The notes under the pieces: generated by a model
What the model was told of the DNA's origin: nothing
The model's database searches: none
Seen by the model: only the letters and a program-made list of their open reading frames with translations
Shown here: in pieces, positions 10,360 through 19,522 of the stretch
Layout of the letters: each line of letters starts with the position of its first letter
Position numbering within the stretch: position 1 is the stretch's first letter
Assembly: GCA_963727805.1 (NCBI GenBank)
Contig: CAVSHF010000002.1
Span: 1 to 27,829, forward strand
Direction: 5' to 3'
DNA length: 27,829 nt
Source of the DNA: an uncultured Nitrospiraceae bacterium
GTDB lineage: Bacteria; Nitrospirota; Thermodesulfovibrionia; Thermodesulfovibrionales; Dissulfurispiraceae
Translations under genes and position numbers: made by a program

Positions 10360-10609
10360 GGATTAACTTGAGCTATCTTCAATAGCATACGTGTGATCCC
10401 ATTTATGTAGCCCCATTAATCACTGTTTTGAAGTCCTACGTTCAGCGATTTTAAATCTGCTGCTAAGCTTTCTCTCAGAGACAATTAGCTCAATTTTCGA
10501 GATTCCTAAAAAACCGCTAACCGTCAATATATAAGATGAAAACACTATTATGACGTCATTTCTTTGACCTCTACAATATGCACTAGCTTGGCATTCAAGA
10601 ACTTACGCC

Positions 10610-10625
10610 AGGCACAGAAAGTGCA
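10610..10625 (+). promoter_or_regulatory. sigma54 (-24/-12) promoter
   Basis: aGGCACagaaagtGCa gives GG-N10-GC with a GGCAC core, ~80 nt upstream of flhG. Confidence 0.6.
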
Positions 10626-10703
10626 AATATAAGCATAGATGGAGACGCTCAATCTCAGGGAAGGAAAAGTACTTTAATTACATTGCCAAGAGGAAGAATA
10701 AAT

Positions 10704-11471
10704 ATGGAATTCTTTGGTAATCCACGAATAATAGCGGTATCTAGCGGAAAGGGCGGGGTAGGCAAGACAAATTGTGTAGCCAATCTTGCCTTGTATTTTG
10801 CAGGTATTAACAAAAAAGTACTTATTTTGGATGCCGATCTTGGATTATGCAATATAGACGTGCTCTTCGGTATAAGACATAAATACAACATCAAGCACGT
10901 CTTAACTGGCGAAAAAAGTCTGAAAGATATAATTCTGGAAGGTCCAATGGGCATTAAGATCATACCCGCCGGTTCCGGAATAAAGGAACTAACGAACATT
11001 AACAATGAGCAGCGCCAGAAACTGCTTTCAACCCTTGAGCAATATGATATTCCTGTTGACATAGTCCTTATCGACACAGGAGCTGGCGTGGCTGACAATG
11101 TTCTGTTTTTCTGCGACTGCGCTCACCAGACGATAGTCATGACGACTCCAGAACCTACCTCCATTACCGATGCTTATGCTCTAATCAAATTACTCTCGCG
11201 AAATAAACTTGAGAGACATCTCAGTCTTCTTGTTAATATGGCCAAAAGTGAACAAGAGGCTCTAGAGGCGTTCAGGCAGATAGCGTACACCGCCGAAATG
11301 TTTCTTTCTCTATCGCTAGACTACCTCGACTATCTGCCCGATGATCCAAATCTCAGGGTTGCGAGTAGAGCACAAAGAGTATTCATTTCAATGTTCCCAA
11401 ACAGTAGTTTTGCAAGACGGCTAGCTCGGATTGGTGACAAGGTGATTGAATGCACCCCTTGTGTCTGCTAA
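10704..11471 (+). CDS. flhG: MinD/ParA-family ATPase, FlhG/FleN type
   Basis: SSGKGGVGKT deviant Walker A, DADLGLCNID, IDTGAG, TPEPTSITDAYALIK. ATG 10704 follows GAGGA. Confidence 0.85.
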   Translation: MEFFGNPRIIAVSSGKGGVGKTNCVANLALYFAGINKKVLILDADLGLCNIDVLFGIRHKYNIKHVLTGEKSLKDIILEGPMGIKIIPAGSGIKELTNINNEQRQKLLSTLEQYDIPVDIVLIDTGAGVADNVLFFCDCAHQTIVMTTPEPTSITDAYALIKLLSRNKLERHLSLLVNMAKSEQEALEAFRQIAYTAEMFLSLSLDYLDYLPDDPNLRVASRAQRVFISMFPNSSFARRLARIGDKVIECTPCVC

Positions 11472-11964
11472 TATTCACTGGATGGCTATTACGCGGCAAG
11501 ATCTTTAATCTTGTCGGGTACATTTGCTGCACATAGCACAAAATAAATACTGATAAAGCAGCGATATCTATGTGCAAAAAGATGTCGAAAAAGAAAGGAT
11601 TGACGAACGTTATAGCTGATATTCAAGAAACCAAGGTGGGTCAAATATAAAGAGAATTTAGAATAATCTCCGGCATCATGCTCACACCCGGCGCCTCCAC
11701 TGCGTCACTCGTCGGGACCTACGATCGTTGCCCCGTGAAATATTGACTCCACCTCTAAAATCACCAAATCAGCTTGTGGCCTGCTTGCCTGTGTATTCTT
11801 CAGAATGCTGTCGATAGCTCTGCGAGTTATCAAAATACAACCGAGCAAGTTCTTTTGAGGTCAAGATAAGAAGGGCTGTGCCACTTTAGTTGACTAAAAC
11901 ACTCACAAATCTCTTTCAATGTCACCCCTATGGCATCAGAATAGATAGAAAATGTTTTGTTCAA

Positions 11965-12963
11965 TCACCTGAAAGTCTTCTGGCACTCCTTATATAGTTT
12001 TTCGGCTTCATCCTCGGACATTGGAACAATCGAGTTTGGGAAATAAAAATCCCTTTGCAACAGCTCCTTAATGTTACTTGTCGTAAGATAATGGAGAATC
12101 GTTCCGTCTTCGAGTTTTACTCCGCTGATAAATTGGCTCAATTTGATTGACCTTTCTTCCTCATCGAGTTCTTCATTGTGTGCATCCTTTATCGTTGCCG
12201 TTCCCTTACCCGCCGCAATGATCCCATAGCCGTTATGATACAGGAAAATGAAAGACTTGTTCATCCACTCTCCGATGATTCCTCTGCGGTCTCCATAGAT
12301 CGCGGCCTTTTTATGCTTGATCATGTCCAAATATGCCTCCGGATAATGAGTCTGGCAAGTGTTGATCCAGCAATTGTATGAATTCTGAGGACAGAAAAGT
12401 TCGTTCGACAATTCGAAGTATCTCTTGCCGGCAACTTCATAGAAACGATAGAAGTATTCTTCTATGTCGACCCCAGATTTTCTCCAGTACTTGGCGATCG
12501 TTCCTGTGTATTCAGAGGATGAGTGTGATATTAAAATAGTTTTTTGTCTCTTATTGAATTCGGTTAAGTCAATCCTATATCCGTAATGCTGCTCAAATGC
12601 ATCTATCAGTTCATTGTCCTGAGGAAAGCACTTCTTGAAATGATTGTTCATTTCGTTGTAACGCCAATAGGAGAAATGTTGGGCATAGCCCAATGCCTGG
12701 TAGACCTTGCCACGATCATAATGTCCATCTACCTTCAATTCGAAGACGACCAGGTCTCCGCTGCTATTCAGAGCAAATAAATCTGCTTCGCTTTGAAACG
12801 ATCGTTCATTTCCAAAGACCAGATATTCAGGGAATAGGATGTCTCCGATTATCTCTTTGAGGTAGTTCTCCAGATTCTTTTCGCTCTCTCCGAGCGAATG
12901 GACAATATTCATCGCTAAAACCGGCTTAAACCCCTTGGACTTATCATCCATCTCGAATAGCAT
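11965..12963 (-). CDS. NucS/EndoMS-like PD-(D/E)XK nuclease with probable EVE/PUA-like C-terminal domain
   Basis: EKNLENYL...EADLFALNSSGDLVVFELK...VYQALGYA nuclease motif. C-terminal IFLYHNGYGIIAAGK resembles the EVE core. Strong SD. Confidence 0.65.
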   Translation of the reverse strand: MLFEMDDKSKGFKPVLAMNIVHSLGESEKNLENYLKEIIGDILFPEYLVFGNERSFQSEADLFALNSSGDLVVFELKVDGHYDRGKVYQALGYAQHFSYWRYNEMNNHFKKCFPQDNELIDAFEQHYGYRIDLTEFNKRQKTILISHSSSEYTGTIAKYWRKSGVDIEEYFYRFYEVAGKRYFELSNELFCPQNSYNCWINTCQTHYPEAYLDMIKHKKAAIYGDRRGIIGEWMNKSFIFLYHNGYGIIAAGKGTATIKDAHNEELDEEERSIKLSQFISGVKLEDGTILHYLTTSNIKELLQRDFYFPNSIVPMSEDEAEKLYKECQKTFR

Positions 12964-13111
12964 CTTTTACCCCTCCCTCCTAATAAAGACACAATATATT
13001 ATCAACAAGTTTTCTATATTCTATGAGAATGTGCATGCAAGATCAAATTATAGTGCACTGCCGCCGATTCACACATATCAGTAATGCTTGAATATCGTCG
13101 ATCAAAAGTAA

Positions 13112-13501
13112 TTATTTATTTGATATTTCCCCCTCTTCAATAAACTCATTGTGTTCAGTCGTTTTTAGGAATTTTAATATATCTTTTGCGGCTTTGCCAC
13201 CGATTTTTCTTATCGCCATAATGGCTTCTTCCTGTATAGATATGTCGTCGTCATACAGAGCTATCGATTGCAGAAGAGGCAGCGCCTTCTTGATTTTTCT
13301 TTTTCCGATAGCACCCAATGCCTCATAGACCAGAGTAATTTCGGAGCTTTGAAGCATTTCAAGCAACTCCTGCTCCTCATAGGCTGCCGCGTTTTTCACT
13401 CCTTCATCAAAAGCAACCGTCGTCCTTTGAACTTTCGGGTGCTGGTCAGGTACGTAAGATTCATAGTCGGCTTTGGTTGGATATTCTTTATCGTCAGTCA
13501 T
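13112..13501 (-). CDS. HEAT-repeat (PBS-lyase-like) protein
   Basis: EALGAIGKRKIKKALPLLQSIALYDDDISIQEEAIMAIRKIGGKAAKDIL, two HEAT-like units. Confidence 0.75.
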   Translation of the reverse strand: MTDDKEYPTKADYESYVPDQHPKVQRTTVAFDEGVKNAAAYEEQELLEMLQSSEITLVYEALGAIGKRKIKKALPLLQSIALYDDDISIQEEAIMAIRKIGGKAAKDILKFLKTTEHNEFIEEGEISNK

Positions 13502-13506
13502 ACTTC

Positions 13507-13542
13507 ACTATAGAATAAATCACTGCCAGCATCCTGGCAGCG
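13507..13542 (-). promoter_or_regulatory. Putative WYL box 1 plus -10 element
   Basis: CACTGCCA-gcatcc-TGGCAGCG (13521-13542). Minus strand reads TGGCAG-tgatttattc-TATAGT, then 5 nt to the ATG of the HEAT gene. Confidence 0.7.
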
Positions 13543-13795
13543 GCGAACAACTTTTCACGTCCATGAATCATCGAAAAGATATTCTTCCAATTTTATTGAA
13601 TCAATAACGAGAAACGATTTATCACTTCGCAAAGAGCAACTGCCATGGTACTAGCGTCATATATGATATTATTCATAATACATTGGGCTTGATCGTTAGC
13701 GCAGCAGGAGTTGTAAGCGCCCTGGCAGGTTATTTTTCCGGAAATTATCGTATCAGCGACGACTAGTTAACAATATATTATATGGAGGTGAAACA

Positions 13796-14397
13796 GTGGG
13801 CATTTCTTACTTAAAACATCGCAGTTGGGCGAATTGGTCGCGCGACGAGCGTTTTTTTTGCGCAGTGCTGTTTGAGTACGCACGAAAGGACCCCGGCGCA
13901 TTCGCCAGATACCTCATCACTCAGGCGCGTTGTCCTTTCGATCTGTCTAAGCGGCCTCTTAAGCTGTCGCAGGATGAGACTGGGATCTTGGATATGAAGT
14001 CTGCTTCTACCGTGACTTCCTCTGGCCATCCCAAAAGACTGCCCGCCAGGATGGGTATCCTGCAAAAAGGACATTTGACCTTTGCCTTTTTGGCGAAAAG
14101 GCTATCATCATCATAGAAGCTAAGGTATTCCAGCGATTCGAAGTTGACCAGAATCGAGATTTTGAGAATGACCGTAAACTGATCAAGCGGCTTCTCGGCT
14201 CGGATTCATTTGAGGTTTGCGTGGTTGCGCTTGCTTCCTCGAAGTACTTCTCGAACGCTAAGTCCTATGCGAAAACAGAATCTCTGAAGGTGTTCGACGC
14301 CGCTATCACGTGGTCCGATGTTGCAACACACTATGGCAGTGATAAGCTGCTCTTCCGGGCAGAGGCTCTATACAAGATGGAAAGGAACAGCTGTTAA
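13796..14397 (+). CDS. PD-(D/E)XK nuclease-like protein; frameshift near 13975
   Basis: SD GGAGGTG before GTG 13796. After a 1-nt shift the frame continues DWDLGYEVCFYRDFLW...KRTFDLCLFGEKAIIIIEAKVFQ...YKMERNSC* (TAA 14395-14397), giving a D...ExK motif. Confidence 0.65.
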
Positions 14398-14476
14398 CAG
14401 ACCCTGTCTAATAAGCGCGGGCAGGAGACAAGCCCGGCCTGCAACCTTTTGCCAAACATTAGTGCAGGTATACTCA

Positions 14477-15960
14477 TTAAATCGATCTCATGCTGTCCAA
14501 TATTTTCACCATCGCGAATGTATCCAATTTGCAGTAATCAAGAAGTGCCTTTCGTATTGCTAATTTTTCAGACTCCTCGGTTGATTTCTCAGTTTGAAAT
14601 AAGCATCCACGGCCATACCGCCGTTTTGGATTTCACAGTCACTATATTTAAGGTCAGAGACCAATGAGGGCAGGACGTACTTAATCGAAGAGGACCCTTT
14701 CATATCCGGCTTGTAGACAACCTTTCTTCTGAAGGGTTCGGCAAAGATCTCTAATATTATCAACAATCTGCTGTAACAGTTTTTGCTTCTTGGGGAACCA
14801 ATCTCCTAAAGAATTAAGAATAGTTTTTTCGAAGCTGGTATAGACGACGATGCAAGACTTCTTAGGAATAATTCGTAACAGGTTCTGCAGCAACTCTTCC
14901 CTAGAATCTATAGTCGGATCACCCAGGTACTCGAAATGCTCTGGCTCGGCGCCTTTTTTTCCTATAATATGAATCGAAAACTGGAATGGCACCTGCTGGT
15001 ATGGCCTGATTCCGTCATAGGCAGGCACTGCTGTTGTATAGGTCTCAAAGTCTAGGAATACCATTGGGTGCCATAGTGAGTCCAGAAACTGTTTACATTA
15101 GTCTTATCAACTCAGGATTTTCCGTCTATATGGGCTGCAACCTGAAGCCTCTGTGAGCCATTGAGGATCTCCAGCGGTATGTCGGCCAATCTGATCGTCC
15201 CTTGCCTATATAGATCAAAAGTGTTCACTCCTCTTCCTTTTAGCGAGAACACCGAGTCTTCCGGTAAGTGTTTCAAGCAGTGACCCATAAAATCACATCC
15301 ATAAGGATCCTTGCAATGCTCACCGATATCAATGACGGGTTCGGAGCCAGTAAGCATTTTCTTCATCTTTTTAATCTCTTTTTCAACCTTCTCCTGCAAA
15401 CCCAATACTGCTTTTGTAACATCAACGATCGTGAATAGTTCACTAAGATTTATATCGCCGTGTCGCTCGTATTCGTTGTTGATGTGGATGACGTGCGCTT
15501 TGCCAACGGGCAGGCCCGCTTTCGACATAAGATTGTACTGGATGGCAACATTGTCCAGATACACATCTTTCACATCGGTAGATGACTTCACCTCATAGAG
15601 ATTCCAGCGTCCTCTTGTCTTCTTAATGATATCGGCCCGCGCCATAACACCATCGTGTTCAATAGCCGCTTCATAAAGTATTGTGGCGCCGGATGCAAGG
15701 GCATCTTCAGTCATGCAGAGCTGCTCAGGCAACTCATAGTCGCTGCTGGTTGCCAGCACTCCGCCTGGGAAAAGTTCTTGGGCTAGTTCACCGACTTCGT
15801 GACCTTGCGAAAACCTCATCAACAGGTCTGTAGAAAGCTCATCCCTAAGTTCGGGATGGTACTTCTGCAGATAGAGGGATTTATGACATTGAAGCCCTCT
15901 AATGTAAAGGGATTTGCTCAGACCTGTCTTCTGGTGCTCGATATTTGTTTCACTCATCAT
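14477..15960 (-). pseudogene. DUF2779-domain protein (N-terminal PD-(D/E)XK/Cas4-like + RNase H-like domain), interrupted about 4 times
   Basis: LSKSLYIRGLQCHKSLYL, ARADII, EVKSST, HCKDPYGCDFMGHC, FLDFET, RPYQQVPFQFSIH, GSSSIKYVLP, ALLDYCKLDTFAM occur across frames. TGA at 15112-15114 plus shifts near 15093, 14744 and 14585. Confidence 0.85.
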
Positions 15961-15991
15961 ATTCTCCTGATAATTCAGTATCTATTTGAAT

Positions 15992-16917
15992 TTATTTATT
16001 CTTATTAGCTGCTGCTGTAAGCTCATTATTGAGCTCCTTTCTTAAGGACATCGGGGAAATCACCTCGACATGAGGTGACCAGCCCAAGAGCCACTTGAGC
16101 AGACCAAAGCTGTCCTTAGCCTGGAAACTTATCTCAATACTTCCGTCGGTAAGTATCTCACTCTGCTGGCCCGATACCCACTGCCTTCTCTGGATCAGTT
16201 CGACCACCCCGACGTCAAAACGCAGGACCACATCTATTTCTTCCCCATCAAGCCAGGGGCCGAACACCGGAACTGGTTGACTTGCCCCATTGTCAGTCCT
16301 TCGGGGATAGTAGCGGTTGATCATCTTTAAATCAAGTATCCGGTCCAGCGCAAGGACTCTGAACTCCTCGTTATCGTGGCAGAAACCCCGCAGATACCAG
16401 AATGAGTCAGAAAAGAAAATATAGTATGGATCTACATCTCTCCTGACTTCTTGCCCGAGGAGGATGATGCGTACAGAAGATTAACGGTCTTGCCCTCGTT
16501 GATTGCCAAGTGCAGGATTTCCAGATATTCCTTAATCTTAGGCGGAGATTTATATATAGGGAGGATAATGCTTTGTCGGGTGCTTTTCTTCTTTGACTTC
16601 AGCTTGGTTTCGAGGGATTCGAGATTCTGTTCAAGAGATGTCCCGAAATTCTTAAGAATTCCTTTGGCAAGGGCGATTGTCAACGACTCTGCATCACTTA
16701 GTTCCGGCTTGCTGATAGAAAATCCCTCTTCGAAGACGTAACTCTCCTTCTGCTTATCGTATATTATGCGAATATTGGCGCGCCTCAGGATATCAACGTA
16801 CCGGAATACGCTGCGCTCGGAAATGCCGAAGTCATTCATCAGAGAGTATTTCGTCACCTTCTCTTTCCTGTCGATCTTTCGAACAATATCCAGCATCATA
16901 TCGAACTTAGATGACAT
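15992..16917 (-). CDS. HTH-WYL-WCX transcriptional regulator (PafB/DriD/YafY-like); frameshift near 16440
   Basis: N-terminal wHTH (FGISERSVFRYVDILRRA). After the shift: RDVDPYYIFFSDSFWYLRGFCHDNEEFRVLALDRI (WYL). C-terminal WLLGWSPHVEVISPMSLR (WCX). SD AGGAGG. Confidence 0.92.
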
Positions 16918-16977
16918 TTAGCCTCCTATTATCAGAAAAAGCCTCTTCCCCTTATGTTTTGCTTAATTCCTGTACTT

Positions 16978-17022
16978 ATAATACACGTACTCACTGCCAG
17001 ATGTCTGGCAGTGAGTACGTGT
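16978..17022 (-). promoter_or_regulatory. Putative WYL box 2 (autoregulatory) within a perfect 19-bp-arm palindrome, plus -10 element
   Basis: ACACGTACTCACTGCCAGA-tg-TCTGGCAGTGAGTACGTGT (16983-17022). Minus strand reads TGGCAG-tgagtacgtg-TATTAT, ~60 nt upstream of the WYL ATG. Confidence 0.8.
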
Positions 17023-17079
17023 GATATTCGGGTGACGCATTCAAGATTGCCGGATGCATTGTGGTCCTCTTGGAACCTC

Positions 17080-18674
17080 CTAAAACAGCCTCCTGCTTTT
17101 CTTGAACAACATGCTTATTGGTAGGAGTGCTTCGCGCAAAATTTCTGTCATTTGCTCATTTTGTGAATCATAAGCAAGGGAAAGCAGCTTTACGTTCTGC
17201 TGAAACTGCGTGAACTGATACGGATCCAGTTTCAGCAATTGCAGCTTAATATCCGACTCGATATCTTTATCTACTTTACTGGTTATTATCCATTCATTGA
17301 CCAGCGCCATTTGCATGGCATCGTTTGCAAAACTCAAATTTATATCTACATGAAAGAACGGATCAATGGTAAATGCCGGGATACGCCCGCCTGCGAAAAA
17401 GGCCAGGCCCCGGTATTGCCTGAAACTCTTGATCAGCAAATTACCGATCCACTCTGGCAGAGACGGGCGTCCCAGATAAGCGAAATGGCAGTCATCCACA
17501 ACGATTATCACATCATTGGTTGCAGCTGCTCTCTCGAAAAATTCATTATTCATTTTTTTTATCTCACGATGTCCCTCCATCGAAAGAGCGCTTAGATGCA
17601 TCTCCATTACATTTCGCTTTAACCGCGCGGCGGCAGCATAAGCTACTATTGAACGACGATCGGGCCTATCTCCCCAAAGCATTACCTTTAACCCTTTTAC
17701 GGAGTCATCGTTGCAATCTACGGCTTCCGTTTCAAGCCTCTGTGCAATCCGGATCAGCGAATAGAATTTACGGTTAGCGAGTTCAGGCAATTTCAGGCTT
17801 TCAGGGCCATCTTTCGGCTTGATAACTTTATAATATTTTTGATCTACTCCAATTTCCATGCTCTGCAGTTTTGCCCCATATTCCAGGTCTTCATGAGTTA
17901 GCACGAGCTGATTGTTATCTCTTTCAAAAACCCTATGCAGAGCAGCGATAACAGAATTTTTTATATATCCACCTGTAAGCAAATACTTTTGTGCGAGGCT
18001 TCTGAAATCAATATCCCGGTCACAGGCTATGCGCTCCGGTATATGCACTTTCCAAAGCTTTTGCGCATTTCTTCGTCCGGAACCGGCAGCTCAATCTTTA
18101 AACTTACCCTACGATCAAATGACTTTCCAACCCTTTCGGGGTAATTAGTAGCCAATATCACCATTCCATCGCTCTCTTCGAGTTCATTGAGCAGTGTATC
18201 GTATTCAGTTGTTCGTTCATCCATGAATCGGTCGCATTCGTCAATGAATACAATGCCACTCTTTTCTTTGGCCAGTTTGAACAGCTCTTCTATTGCGTGG
18301 TCCGAATATCCGCCTGGTCGGTCAAACCTGATGCCTTGCTCTCCTTTCAGTCCGAAAAGCGGCTTTCCCATAATTCTTGAGATGGACCGGGCCAATAGGG
18401 TCTTACCTGTGCCCGGGCGACCATATACCATGATAGTCGTGCCTCGCCCGTAAGTGATCAGACGATCGATTCCGAGCTCTGAAAATCCCCGTTTTACCAA
18501 ATCATGGTTTCGAATGAATAACAGAACTTTCCCCTTGATGTCGGAAGACATCACCATATTATTTAGTTCATTGTTAGCGGACATTACATCCGTCGGGGAA
18601 ATAGTTTCACAATACTGATCTTCCATATGCCGGCTGCTTCCATTGCCTCCGTTGCCTCTGTCTGCTGGAATCAT
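17080..18674 (-). CDS. Tandem AAA+ ATPase (active D1, degenerate D2); frameshift in the A-run at 18059-18062
   Basis: D1: YGRPGTGKT, VFIDECD, LATNYPERVGKSFDRRV. Adding one A restores RKKLWKVHIP...LTGGYIKNSV. D2: MLWGDRPDRRS (no Walker A Lys), IIVVDD. Confidence 0.88.
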
Positions 18675-18686
18675 GATCTCTTTCTC

Positions 18687-19238
18687 CTATTTGGCGGAAT
18701 ATACGCCATCGGCGATTCCGTACTGGATGGCCTCAGCAGGTGTGAGCCAGGTATCGACATCCCTTAATAATAGCGTCTCGACTTCCTGCCGAGTCTGGAT
18801 ATTAGAATGGGATATATAGTGCTCAATAAGCCTCTCATGTAGAAAATCCTCCTCTTTCCTGCGCGCTATTAGTTCAGAATGGTTTCCCATGCTGATTGAG
18901 AAAAAGCGATGCGACAACAGCGATGTGCGTGGCGTAAGTATGCGATGGTCTTTGTTTCCAGACATAAAAATACCCAGAGCCATGGAAGCAACAAGTCCAA
19001 GCCCAGTAGTGTATACTGGCAGCGAAGACCATTCCATCATGTCAATAATTGCAAACCCTGCCGATATGTCCCCACCGCTTGAATTGATTATCATCTGAAT
19101 GTGGTCGGCCGGGCGTTCCAGATTGATTCTGATAATATCCCGGCATATTCTTTCAGCCGCCCCGCCATCTATTCCACCAGAAATGAAAATGATTCCGTAG
19201 TCCTCTGTCGACTTTCTCGAACTCTTCTCTTGTTCCAT
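18687..19238 (-). CDS. clpP: ClpP-family serine protease proteolytic subunit (divergent paralog)
   Basis: INSSGG, AGFAIIDMM, GLVASMA (catalytic Ser), LLSHR (His), RDVDTWLTPAEAIQYGIAD (Asp). SD AGGAGG. Confidence 0.92.
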   Translation of the reverse strand: MEQEKSSRKSTEDYGIIFISGGIDGGAAERICRDIIRINLERPADHIQMIINSSGGDISAGFAIIDMMEWSSLPVYTTGLGLVASMALGIFMSGNKDHRILTPRTSLLSHRFFSISMGNHSELIARRKEEDFLHERLIEHYISHSNIQTRQEVETLLLRDVDTWLTPAEAIQYGIADGVYSAK

Positions 19239-19283
19239 GCTATCCCTCCTGTGTTTGTAGTGATTTATTGAGCCTCTGATACA

Positions 19284-19319
19284 AGATTAATCAAACCCGC
19301 TGCCACAAGCTTGGCGGTG
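19284..19319 (-). promoter_or_regulatory. Putative WYL box 3 plus -10 element for the clpP-AAA operon
   Basis: CGCTGCCA-caagct-TGGCGGTG (19298-19319). Minus strand reads TGGCAG-cgggtttgat-TAATCT. Confidence 0.7.
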
Positions 19320-19363
19320 AAAAAAAATAACTATGGCTATATCGATTCTAGCCCAGTATCGCT

Positions 19364-19399
19364 GGCCGCCAGGCATCTGGCAGTGCCAAATGCGATTAT
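19364..19399 (+). promoter_or_regulatory. Putative WYL box 4 facing the DnaB-like gene
   Basis: GGCCGCCA-ggcatc-TGGCAGTG (19364-19385). Plus strand reads TGGCAG-tgccaaatgc-GATTAT (one mismatch to TAnnnT). Confidence 0.6.
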
Positions 19400-19522
19400 T
19401 TAGGCACGGATAAAGACGAGGGTCAAATAGAAAAGTAATCCTGCGCCTCTAACATTGGACACAATAATCAAGAGAATCGTCATACAAAGCTTCTGATATT
19501 AATAACTAACTAAAGGACGGCA

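Noticed and set aside
11670..11745. GC-rich imperfect hairpin reminiscent of an integron attC site
   Set aside because: No clear RYYYAAC/GTTRRRY ends, poor pairing, single copy, and no integrase in the window.
13047..13063. CACTGCCG half-site near a minus-strand TATAAT upstream of the NucS-like gene
   Set aside because: No second half-site, and the spacing to the -10 is 5 nt rather than 10, so it was not counted as a WYL box.
13600..13766. Short open frame ending ...LGLIVSAAGVVSALAGYFSGNYRISDD*
   Set aside because: No convincing start or SD and an upstream in-frame stop; at best a gene remnant.
14415..14450. Possible terminator between convergent genes
   Set aside because: Stem is imperfect with alternative pairings and only a short U-tract; not supportable without folding or Term-seq.
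14477..15960. Cas4-like motifs in DUF2779 and AddB as evidence of a CRISPR-Cas locus
   Set aside because: The PD-(D/E)XK plus Cys pattern is shared by many nucleases, and there is no cas1/cas2 or array in the window.
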